From the NCBI GenBank assembly GCA_044221765.1, contig JBGAOO010000001.1, forward strand, positions 1 to 40,301: a DNA stretch of 40,301 bases, written 5' to 3'. Of the stretch, positions 27,899 through 39,858 are shown piece after piece (position 1 is the first letter of the stretch; every line of letters begins with the position of its first letter). Both the position numbers and the translations under genes were made by a program. The notes below the pieces were generated by a model, which did not search any database, was not told the DNA's origin, and was given only the letters and a program-made list of their open reading frames with translations. This DNA is from Usitatibacteraceae bacterium. GTDB taxonomy: Bacteria; Pseudomonadota; Gammaproteobacteria; Burkholderiales; Usitatibacteraceae.

Positions 27899-28901
27899 GG
27901 GCCACCTCGTCCAGGTATTCCAGGCGCTGCGAGTGCGTGCACAGGCCGTCGAAGAAGGCACGGACCGCGTCGACCTGCTCGCGGGCGGTTTCCAGGGTGT
28001 TCATGCGCGCGCGGAACACGGCGGAGTGGCTGAGCCCCCGCGTGTACCAGGCGATGTGCTTGCGGGCCATGCGCGAGCCGCGCTGCTCGCCGTAGAAGGC
28101 GTAGAGGTCGTCCAGGTGCGCGAGCAGGACCTCGCGGATCTCCGCGGTCTCCGGCGGCGGGAGCTTCTCGCCCGTGGCGAGGTAGTGCGCGATCTCGCGG
28201 AAGATCCAGGGGCGGCCCTGGGCCGCGCGGCCGATCATCACGGCGTCGGCGCCGGTGTAGGCGAGCACGTGCTTCGCCTTCTCGGGCGAATCGATGTCGC
28301 CGTTGGCCATGACGGGGATGCGCACCGAGGCCTTCACCGCCCGGATGGTGTCGTACTCCGCCTCGCCCGTGTACATGCAGGCCCGCGTGCGCCCGTGCAG
28401 GGCGAGGGCGGCGATGCCGCTGTCCTCGGCGATGCGGGCGATGGAGAGCGCGTTGCGGTTCTCGAGGTTCCAGCCGGTGCGGAACTTGAGGGTGACGGGC
28501 ACCTCGACCGCGCGCACCACCGCCTCGACGATGGCGCGCACGAGCGGCTCGTCCTTCAGCAGCGCCGAGCCGGCGGCCACGTTGCAGATCTTCTTGGCCG
28601 GGCAGCCCATGTTGATGTCGATGATCTGGGCGCCCTTGTCCACGTTGTACCGCGCCGCCTCGGCCATCATCGCGGGGTCGGAGCCGGCGATCTGGATGAC
28701 CCTGGGCTCGACCTCGCCCTCGTGGTTGCCACGGCGGATCGTCTTCTCGGAACCCCAGAGCAGCGAATTGGAGGCGACCATCTCCGACACCGCCATCCCC
28801 GCTCCCATCTTCTTGCAGAGCTGGCGGAATGGCCGGTCCGTCACGCCCGCCATGGGCGCGACGACGAGGTTGTTCCGGAGGGTGATGGAGCCGATCTTCA
28901 C
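27888..28901 (-). CDS. dusB: tRNA-dihydrouridine synthase B
   Basis: (GTG)KIGSITLRNNLVVAPMAGVTDRPFRQLCKKMGAGMAVSEMV...IDINMGCPAKKI...VTLKFRTGW matches the DusB N-terminus. It sits upstream of fis, as in the conserved dusB-fis operon. The track start at 29027 is rejected. Confidence 0.9.
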   Translation of the reverse strand: MKIGSITLRNNLVVAPMAGVTDRPFRQLCKKMGAGMAVSEMVASNSLLWGSEKTIRRGNHEGEVEPRVIQIAGSDPAMMAEAARYNVDKGAQIIDINMGCPAKKICNVAAGSALLKDEPLVRAIVEAVVRAVEVPVTLKFRTGWNLENRNALSIARIAEDSGIAALALHGRTRACMYTGEAEYDTIRAVKASVRIPVMANGDIDSPEKAKHVLAYTGADAVMIGRAAQGRPWIFREIAHYLATGEKLPPPETAEIREVLLAHLDDLYAFYGEQRGSRMARKHIAWYTRGLSHSAVFRARMNTLETAREQVDAVRAFFDGLCTHSQRLEYLDEVALAA

Positions 28902-28941
28902 GGCGTTTGTAGTCGCTCTGGGAGCCGCGGAAAAGGCGCCT

Positions 28942-28969
28942 ATTTTATACGCAGCCCTTCCCGCGACAA
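28942..28969 (-). promoter_or_regulatory. candidate sigma70 promoter for dusB-fis with an upstream A-tract
   Basis: On the minus strand: TTGTCG (28969-28964), a 16-nt spacer, then TAAAAT (28947-28942). An AAAAAAA tract lies just upstream (28973-28979). This is one of the few AT-rich patches in the window. Confidence 0.4.
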
Positions 28970-29230
28970 ACATTTTTTTGAATCTTGCGTGTCGCAAGCG
29001 GGAGACTTCCTGCGCGAAGTCAAGCAACGTGCGCGCCGGTCCGGAATGCGCACGGGAAGGGCGCGGCGCCTCGCGGCGAAAATCCGATGCGCGTCCGGCG
29101 GTTGCGCCGGATTCCTCGAATCCGCGCTAGCCGCGCGCGAGCGCTCGCGCGATGGCGGCTCGCACGCGTCCGACCGCGGCACCGGCTCGGCGCGGTGCCT
29201 CCCGCCGCGCAGCGCCCGGCGCGCCGCGCC

Positions 29231-30382
29231 TCACTGCTTCTTGCCGCTCAGGTTCCCGACCAGGGAGGAAGCCGCGGACAGCCCGCCACCCATGGTCCCG
29301 GCCACGCCGCCCTCGAACGGACCGGTCTTCACCAGGCCACGCCCGCTCTGGTCGGACCCGGCCTGCACGACCACGCTGCCCTTGCCGTTGCTGATCACGA
29401 GCCGCCCGGCCCCGGATTCGGCCCCGGTGGCGAGCGTGACCTGCGCGGTGCCTTCGGCATCGAAGACGTTCACCATGCCCGCGTTGCCGTCGCTCGCCAG
29501 TTCGGCGCGCGCCTTGCCGCCTTTCGGGCCGAAGACGCGAACGACCCCACCGGCCGGGGTCGAGGAGACGGACACGACCGAGTTGCCGCCCGCCGCGCCG
29601 GTGAGCACCATCCGCCCGCCATCGGGATCGGCCATCAGCCCCGCGACGGCCTTCGCCCCGGGACCGAACACCTTCACGGTGCCCTCGCCGGACTTGGTCG
29701 CCGTGAGCGTGATGAACTCCGCCGTGCCCTTGCGCAGGTAGAGGCCGAGCCCGTCTTCGGCCCGGTGCCCGAGCATGGCGGACTGTTCGTTGTCCTTCAC
29801 GCGCAGGAAGCTGCCCGAGGGATTGGCCACCAGCGAGGACAGCAACGCGCCGGACGCATCGAAGAGCTGGACCGACGACGAGCCGCCCGCGCCGGGGCCC
29901 ATCTCCACGCGGCCAGCTTCCGGATTGCCGACGACGGCGCGCGCCGCGCCCGCCGCGCCACCGGCATCGACGCGGAAGAGGACGCGTCCCGCGGCATCCT
30001 GCACGACGAACGGCGCGCGCAAGGTGGACGGTTGCGCCGCGGGCGGCGGCGTCGGCGCCGGGTTGCGCCCGGGCGGCGGCGGCGTCGGGGATTCGAAGAC
30101 CTTGGCCTCGAGCGTGCGCACCCGGTTCTGCAGGTCGAGCACGCGCGCGTTCGTCTCGTTCAGGTTCGTCTGCAACCGGACGTTGTCCTTCCTGAGGTCC
30201 GCGATCTCCTTGAGGATGATCTCCGTCGTGCCCCGCGGCGGCACGCGCGCCTCCAGCAGGTTCACCTGGTTCTGCAGGATGGCGTGCTGCGCCTGCTCCA
30301 CCGGCTGCGCGAGCGGGGGCCGCCTCGAGCAGGAAGAGGGCGAGGGCGGCGGACAACAGGGCGGTTCCGGTCTGCATGGCAT
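29231..30382 (-). CDS. secreted coiled-coil / Gly-Val-rich repeat protein of unknown function, with reading frame disrupted near the signal peptide
   Basis: The ATG at 30377 encodes a good signal peptide, MQTGTALLSAALALFLLEAAP. The remaining ~370 codons (PLAQPVEQAQHAILQNQVNLLE.. coiled coil, then repeats) lie in another frame that is reachable only from the ATG at 30382, which gives no signal peptide. The frames meet at a C5 run (G5 on the plus strand, 30315-30319). Confidence 0.6.
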   Translation of the reverse strand: MPCRPEPPCCPPPSPSSCSRRPPLAQPVEQAQHAILQNQVNLLEARVPPRGTTEIILKEIADLRKDNVRLQTNLNETNARVLDLQNRVRTLEAKVFESPTPPPPGRNPAPTPPPAAQPSTLRAPFVVQDAAGRVLFRVDAGGAAGAARAVVGNPEAGRVEMGPGAGGSSSVQLFDASGALLSSLVANPSGSFLRVKDNEQSAMLGHRAEDGLGLYLRKGTAEFITLTATKSGEGTVKVFGPGAKAVAGLMADPDGGRMVLTGAAGGNSVVSVSSTPAGGVVRVFGPKGGKARAELASDGNAGMVNVFDAEGTAQVTLATGAESGAGRLVISNGKGSVVVQAGSDQSGRGLVKTGPFEGGVAGTMGGGLSAASSLVGNLSGKKQ

Positions 30383-30597
30383 TCCCCAGGGTGGACGAAG
30401 CGCGTACGCCTGCGGGAACGGCCCGCGCCGGCGGCGCTTCGACGGACCGCGCGAGCCGGCGCCGCGTCGGCTCGCCGCACGGGAGCCGAGGCGCCGGTCG
30501 GAAGCCACTCTACTTCACCCGGGACGGCCGATCGATCGCCGCGCCCGCCATTTTTCGCCGCGGCGCGCGGGGAGCATCCGCCATATTTCGCGCGCCG

Positions 30598-34292
<3,695 letters not shown>

Positions 34293-34296
<4 letters not shown>

Positions 34297-35279
34297 CGCG
34301 CGCCCCGCGCGCGGAAGCGCTCGAGCAGCTCGCGTCCCTCGGGCCCGGCGCGCTTCTCCCACTCCTCGATGGCCTCGCGCGCCGCCTCGGCCAGGCGTGC
34401 CCGGAGCGCCGGCGCGATGGCCGGCGTGATCGTCATGCCGTTCTCCTTCATGCGGGCATGGTTGGCGGCCACGCGCCCCTGCATCGCCTGCCACTGCCGC
34501 GCCTCGGTCTCGGCCGCGATCTCGAGGACCGCCCGGCGCGAGGCCTCGTCCAGCGCCTCGAAGCGCTCCAGGCCCACGGTGGCGAAACTGAGCGGCACCG
34601 CGTAGCCGATCTCGGTGAAGTGCGGCAGGTGCTCCCAGAGCTTGCGGCCGGCGCCGCCATCGCCCGAGGAGAGCACCGCGTCGATCTCCCCGCTCGCGAG
34701 CCTGGCCGGCAGGTCGGAGAAGGACACCACGCTCGCCTTCGCCCCGAGCCGCGCGAAGAGGGCGGTGCCGGTGCCGTCGTAGGTGCGGATCCTCAGCCGC
34801 GAGACCGCGGCCACGGTGTCGGCCGGCGCCTTGGCCCACACGCCCGCGGCGGGCCAGGGCGTGGCGTAGAGCAGCTTCTGCCGGCGCGCGGCGAAGAGGC
34901 GCTCGTACGCGGGCCGCGCCAGGTCGTAGAGGGCGCGCGCCTCGCCCACGTCGGCCGCGAGGAACGGCAGCGAGGAAAGGCCCAGCAGCGGGATGTCCGC
35001 CCCGAGCGCGCCGCCGAAGGTGTCGGCCATCGCGACCTTGCCCTCGGCCACCGCCGCCACCTGCTCGCGCGACTTCCACCCGAGCTTCGCGTCGGGCATG
35101 GCGATGACCGCGAGCTTGCCGTGCAGGCGCTCGCCCACCCGCCTGGCGAAGTACGCGTCGCCCTCGGCGGTGAGCGATGTCGCGGGATACTCGTTCGCGA
35201 TGGCCCATTCCTGCGCCGGGTGGTGCGCGCACGCGCTGGCGGAAACGGCGATGAACGCGAGGGCAAGGGCGGTTCGCAA
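34293..35279 (-). CDS. TRAP transporter substrate-binding protein (DctP family), orphan copy co-transcribed with the oxoprolinase
   Basis: Signal peptide (TTG)RTALALAFIAVSASACA with GGGAGA 7 nt upstream (alternative ATG at 35354). EWAIANEYPATSLTAEGDAYFARRV...LYATPWPAAGVWAK...IRTYDGTGTALFARLGA parallels the DctP paralog at 35475. Confidence 0.8.
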
Positions 35280-35474
35280 GACGATTCTCCCGGGGGACGC
35301 GAGGGGCGGTGGCACGCGCGGGCCCGAAGCAGGCCGCCCGGCGCGCGACAACATTTTGACACGGGGGGACGCGCTTGCTAGTTTCCGGGGTGTGCCGCGC
35401 CCGCCCGACGGGCGCCCGGCTGCCCGCCACCCCCGGACCCCCGAACTTCCCCACCACCCCCAGGAGAGCCGATC

Positions 35475-36443
35475 ATGAAACGCCTGCATGGCCTCGTCGC
35501 GCTGCTTGCCGCCGGCCTCGTCACCGCCGCCAGTGCGCAAACGAAGTGGGACATGCCCACGCCCTACGCCGCCACCAACTTCCACACGGAGAACGTGGTC
35601 CAGTTCGCCGCGGACGTCGACAAGGCGACCGGGGGCAAGCTCAAGATCACCGTGCACTCGAACGCCTCGCTCTTCAAGGCGAACGAGATCAAGCGCGCGG
35701 TGCAGGGCGGCCAGGCGCAGATCGGCGAGATCCTGCTCTCGGGCTACTCCAACGAGGACCCGATCTTCGGCACCGACTCGGTGCCCTTCCTCGCCACGAG
35801 CTACGCCGAGTCCGCCAAGCTCTGGAAGGTCTCGAAGAAGGCGGTCGAGGACCGCTTCGCCAAGCAGGGGATGATGGTCCTCTACGCCGTGCCGTGGCCG
35901 CCGCAGGGCATCTACACCACCAAGCCGATCAACTCGGTGGCGGACATGAAGGGCCTCAAGATGCGCACCTACAACCCGGCCACCTCGCGCATCGCCGAGC
36001 TCGCCGGCGCGCAGCCGGTCACCATCCAGGCCGCCGAGCTCGCGCAGGCCATGGCCACGGGCGCGGTGAACGCGAACATCACCTCCGGCGCCACGGGTTA
36101 CGACACCAAGGCCTGGGAGGTGGTGAAGAACTACTACGACACGCAGGCCTGGCTGCCCAAGAACGTCGTGTTCGTGAACAGGAAGGCGTTCGACGCGCTG
36201 GACAAGCCCGCGCAGGCGGCGGTGCTCAAGGCCGCGGCCGAGGCGGAGACGCGCGGCTGGAAGATCTCCGAGGAGAAGACCGGCTTCTACACGGGCGAGC
36301 TGAAGAAGAACGGCATGAACGTGCAGCCGCCCTCGGCCCAGCTCAAGGCCGACTTCAAGAAGATCGGCGACACGATGACGGCGGAGTGGCTCAAGAGCGC
36401 CGGCGCCGACGGCCAGGCGATCGTCGACGCCTTCCGCAAGTAG
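35475..36443 (+). CDS. dctP: TRAP transporter substrate-binding protein DctP family
   Basis: Signal peptide MKRLHGLVALLAAGLVTAASA, then KWDMPTPYAATNFHTENVVQFAADVDKATGGKLKITVH...LYAVPWPPQGIYTTKPI..MRTYNPATSRIAEL. Followed by the Q and M subunits. Confidence 0.9.
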   Translation: MKRLHGLVALLAAGLVTAASAQTKWDMPTPYAATNFHTENVVQFAADVDKATGGKLKITVHSNASLFKANEIKRAVQGGQAQIGEILLSGYSNEDPIFGTDSVPFLATSYAESAKLWKVSKKAVEDRFAKQGMMVLYAVPWPPQGIYTTKPINSVADMKGLKMRTYNPATSRIAELAGAQPVTIQAAELAQAMATGAVNANITSGATGYDTKAWEVVKNYYDTQAWLPKNVVFVNRKAFDALDKPAQAAVLKAAAEAETRGWKISEEKTGFYTGELKKNGMNVQPPSAQLKADFKKIGDTMTAEWLKSAGADGQAIVDAFRK

Positions 36444-36476
36444 CCCCCCGGCCGCGGCGCACAGGACGGCCCTCCC

Positions 36477-36992
36477 ATGCGCCGCGCGCTCGACGCCCTC
36501 TATGACGGCGCGGCCTGGGCCGCGGCCTTCTTCATGGTGGGCGTGCTGCTCATGGTGCTCGCGAGCGTGCTCGGGCGCCTGCTCGACTTCAACCTGCGCG
36601 GCTCCGACGCCTACGCCGGCTACTCGATGGCGGCCGCGGCCTTCCTCGCCGCCGCGCACACGCTCAAGCGCGGCGAGCACATCCGCGTGACGCTGCTGCT
36701 CGAGCGCTTCGGCGCCCGGGTCACGCACCTGATGGAGCTGTGGTGCCACGCGGGCGGCACCTTCTTCTGCGCCGCCCTCGCCTGGTACAGCGTGCGCCTC
36801 GCCTGGCAGTCGTACGCCTTCAACGACATCTCTCAGGGCAACGACGCCACGCCGCTGTGGGTCCCGCAGCTGAGCATGGCGGTGGGGGCGTGCATCCTGC
36901 TCGTGGCCATGGTCGACGACCTCGTCCTGCACGCCCGGCACCGCGCGAAGCAGCGCGCCACGGCGGACCAGGACCTGAAGCTGATGGAATAG
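36477..36992 (+). CDS. dctQ: TRAP transporter small permease (DctQ)
   Basis: 171 aa with 4 TM segments, positioned between dctP and dctM. Confidence 0.85.
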   Translation: MRRALDALYDGAAWAAAFFMVGVLLMVLASVLGRLLDFNLRGSDAYAGYSMAAAAFLAAAHTLKRGEHIRVTLLLERFGARVTHLMELWCHAGGTFFCAALAWYSVRLAWQSYAFNDISQGNDATPLWVPQLSMAVGACILLVAMVDDLVLHARHRAKQRATADQDLKLME

Positions 36993-36999
36993 CGCGGCC

Positions 37000-38292
37000 A
37001 TGGACCTGCTCATCACCGCCGCGCTCATCGCCCTGCTCTTCCTGCTGCTGGGCAGCGGCCTGTGGATCGCGCTCTCGCTGCTGGGCGTGGCGTGGATCGG
37101 CATGGAGCTGTTCACCACGCGCCCGGTGGGCGACGCCATGGCCGTCACCATCTGGGGCTCGATGTCGAGCTGGACGCTCACCGCGCTGCCGCTCTTCCTG
37201 TGGATGGGCGAGATCCTCTTCCGCACGCGCCTGTCCGAGGACATGTTCAAGGGCCTGGCGCCCTGGCTCACGAAGATCCCCGGGCGGCTGCTGCACACGA
37301 ACATCATCGGCTGCACGATCTTCGCGGCCGTCTCGGGCTCGAGCGCGGCCACGTGCGCGACCATCGGCAAGATGACGCTGCCCGAGCTCCAGAAGCGCGG
37401 CTATCCCGAGGAGATGACGATCGGCACCCTCGCGGGCGCGGGCACCCTCGGGCTGCTCATCCCGCCCTCGATCATCATGATCGTCTACGGCGTGACGGCG
37501 GAGGTGTCGATCACGCGCCTGTTCATCGCCGGCGTGCTGCCCGGGCTCATGCTCGCCGGGCTCTTCATGGGCTACACGATCATCTGGGCCCTGCTCAACC
37601 CCGGCAGGATCCCGGAGGAGAAGGAGCACCTGGGCTTCGGCCAGAAGCTCTACGCCTCGCGCCACCTCATCCCGGTGGTGGGCCTCATCGGGCTCGTGCT
37701 CGGCTCGATCTACGTGGGCATCGCCACGGCAACGGAAGCCGCCGCCCTGGGCGTGGTGGGCGCCCTCGCCATCTCCTGGCTGCAGGGCTCGATGAGCCGG
37801 AAGGTGTTCGTCGAGAGCCTCATGGGCGCCACGCGCCTTTACTGCATGATCGCGATGATCCTGGCGGGCGCGGCCTTCCTCACGCTCTCGATGGGCTACA
37901 TCGGCCTGCCGCGGCACCTGGCCGAGTACATCACGGGGCTGGGCCTGTCGCAGTTCTGGCTGCTCTTCTGGCTGATGGTGTTCTACATCATCCTGGGCTG
38001 CTTCCTGGACGGCATCTCCATGGTCGTGCTCACCATGGGCGTCATCCTGCCCACCATCCAGAAGGCGGGCGTGGACCTCATCTGGTTCGGCATCTTCATC
38101 GTGCTCGTGGTGGAGATGGCGCAGATCACCCCGCCGGTGGGCTTCAACCTCTTCGTGCTGCAGGGCATGACGAAGAAGCAGATCACGTGGCTGGGCCGCG
38201 TGTCCTTCCCGCTCTTCCTGCTCATGATGGTCGCGGTGCTGCTGCTCTACTACTTCCCCGGCATCGTGACCTGGCTGCCCGGCCACATGTAG
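37000..38292 (+). CDS. dctM: TRAP transporter large permease (DctM)
   Basis: 430 aa, polytopic. FAAVSGSSAATCATIGKMTLPEL and GTLGLLIPPSIIMIVYG are DctM signatures. Confidence 0.92.
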   Translation: MDLLITAALIALLFLLLGSGLWIALSLLGVAWIGMELFTTRPVGDAMAVTIWGSMSSWTLTALPLFLWMGEILFRTRLSEDMFKGLAPWLTKIPGRLLHTNIIGCTIFAAVSGSSAATCATIGKMTLPELQKRGYPEEMTIGTLAGAGTLGLLIPPSIIMIVYGVTAEVSITRLFIAGVLPGLMLAGLFMGYTIIWALLNPGRIPEEKEHLGFGQKLYASRHLIPVVGLIGLVLGSIYVGIATATEAAALGVVGALAISWLQGSMSRKVFVESLMGATRLYCMIAMILAGAAFLTLSMGYIGLPRHLAEYITGLGLSQFWLLFWLMVFYIILGCFLDGISMVVLTMGVILPTIQKAGVDLIWFGIFIVLVVEMAQITPPVGFNLFVLQGMTKKQITWLGRVSFPLFLLMMVAVLLLYYFPGIVTWLPGHM

Positions 38293-38328
38293 CGGCGCGG
38301 GAGCCGGCCACGACGCCGGCGGTCCCGC

Positions 38329-38919
38329 TCAGTCGTGGTGCCGGCCGCGGCCCATCCCCGCGCCCATGCCGCCCATCGCGCCCGGGCCATGCATCCCGCC
38401 CCGCTGGTCGATGATCGCCTTCTGCTCCTTCGTGAGCGAACCGTAGAGCTCGCCCAGGGACTTCGCCATCGACGCCATCGCCGCGCCGCGCTGCTGCATC
38501 TGCGCCGCGTGCTGCGCCATGCGCTCGGGTGCCGTCGGCACCGCCGCGCCTTCCTGCGCCTTGGCACGCGCGGGATGCAGGGCGCCCGCCTGCGATTTCG
38601 TCGCGTCCGCGAACTTCTTCCAGGCGCCTTCCTGGTCGGCGGTGATCTTCAGCCGGGATTTCAGGATGACCAGGTGGGCTTCCGCGCGGGCGGCGGGATC
38701 CACGTCGGCCATCGGGCCGTGCCCCGGGCCCATGCCGCGACCGGCGCCCGGGCCGTGCCCCGGTCCCATGCCCATGCCGTGCCCGGGACCCATGCCCATG
38801 CCCTGCCCGGGACCCATGCCATGGCCGGGGCCGCCCGCGGGTTGCGCCTGCGCGAGCGCCGAGAAAGCCAATGCCACGCCGGCGACGAGCCCGGCCACTG
38901 CCTTGTGATGTCGATTCAT
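38329..38919 (-). CDS. periplasmic Spy/CpxP/ZraP-family (LTxxQ) protein with Gly/His/Met-rich repeats
   Basis: Signal peptide MNRHHKAVAGLVAGVALAFSALAQA. N-terminal GPGHGMGPGQGMGMGPGHGMGMGPGHGPGAGRGMGPGHGP. Helical core with LTKEQKAII. C-terminal GGMHGPGAMGGMGAGMGRGRHHD resembles the ZraP tail. Divergent from an OmpR-type RR/HK pair. Confidence 0.8.
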   Translation of the reverse strand: MNRHHKAVAGLVAGVALAFSALAQAQPAGGPGHGMGPGQGMGMGPGHGMGMGPGHGPGAGRGMGPGHGPMADVDPAARAEAHLVILKSRLKITADQEGAWKKFADATKSQAGALHPARAKAQEGAAVPTAPERMAQHAAQMQQRGAAMASMAKSLGELYGSLTKEQKAIIDQRGGMHGPGAMGGMGAGMGRGRHHD

Positions 38920-39135
38920 GGTGCGTCTCCAGTGATGTGGGTGGGATGTCCGTTCGAGGGTCCGCCCCGCATCCGGGGAAGGCGCCTCGCAACGGTTATG
39001 ATTTGAGCACCGCGGTGTAAGCGCGCGATGTCACGCAAGGCCGATTTGGTAGCGCACTGCGACAAGCCGGCCGGCCGACACACTGCGTTACTTTTCTCCC
39101 TTCCGAGCCCGGCGCCACCCCCGCAGAATCCCGCC

Positions 39136-39858
39136 ATGGACGCCCCCGACCACATCCTCGTCGTCGACGACGACGCCGAGATCCGCAGCCTGCTCACCGA
39201 GTACCTGGTGAGGAACGGGCTGCGGGCGACGGCGGTCGCCGACGGGCGGGCCATGTGGCAGGCGCTCGAGGCGGCGCGGATCGACCTGGTCGTGCTCGAC
39301 GTGATGCTCCCGGGCGACGACGGCCTCACCCTGTGCCGCAACCTGCGCGCCCGGTCGGAGATCCCCATCCTCATGCTCACCGCGCGCGGCGAGGAGACCG
39401 ACCGCATCGTGGGCCTGGAGATGGGCGCCGACGACTACCTCGCGAAGCCCTTCAGCGCCCGCGAGCTGCTCGCGCGCGTGAAGACGATCCTGCGCCGCGC
39501 GCGCAGCCTGCCGGCGAACCTGCGGCCGGACAACGCGCGCCACCTGCGCTTCGCCGGCTGGCTGCTCGACACGGTGCACCGGCAGCTGCGCTCGCCGGAA
39601 GGCGTGGTGACGCCGCTCTCGGGCGCCGAGTACCGCCTGCTGCGCATCTTCCTCTCGCACCCGAACCGGGTGCTCAACCGCGACCAGCTGGTGGACCTCA
39701 CGCAGGGGCGCGAGGCGGACCCGCTCGACCGCAGCATCGACGTGCAGGTGAGCCGCCTGCGCCACCGGCTGGGCGACGACCCGCGCGAGCCGCGCCTCAT
39801 CAAGACCGTGCGCGGCGAGGGCTACGTGCTGTCGGCGGAGGTCGCCGCGGAGCCATGA
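39136..39858 (+). CDS. OmpR/PhoB-family response regulator
   Basis: ILVVDDDAEIRSLL..LVVLDVMLPGDDGL..ILMLTARGEETDRIVGLEMGADDYLAKPF, plus a winged helix (LSGAEYRLLRIFLSHPNRVLNRDQL...IKTVRGEGYVL). Start at the ATG at 39136. Confidence 0.9.
   Translation: MDAPDHILVVDDDAEIRSLLTEYLVRNGLRATAVADGRAMWQALEAARIDLVVLDVMLPGDDGLTLCRNLRARSEIPILMLTARGEETDRIVGLEMGADDYLAKPFSARELLARVKTILRRARSLPANLRPDNARHLRFAGWLLDTVHRQLRSPEGVVTPLSGAEYRLLRIFLSHPNRVLNRDQLVDLTQGREADPLDRSIDVQVSRLRHRLGDDPREPRLIKTVRGEGYVLSAEVAAEP

Noticed and set aside
34297-35457. An N-terminal ~390-codon extension of the oxoprolinase ORF (track 30598-35457), and the 1025-aa ORF at 34293-37370(-).
   Set aside because: The oxoprolinase homology begins exactly at MTAAAPGWQFWIDRGGTFTD (ATG at 34296). 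Only the last ~329-354 codons of the second ORF resemble a DctP binding protein. The remainder is antisense to dctP/dctQ.
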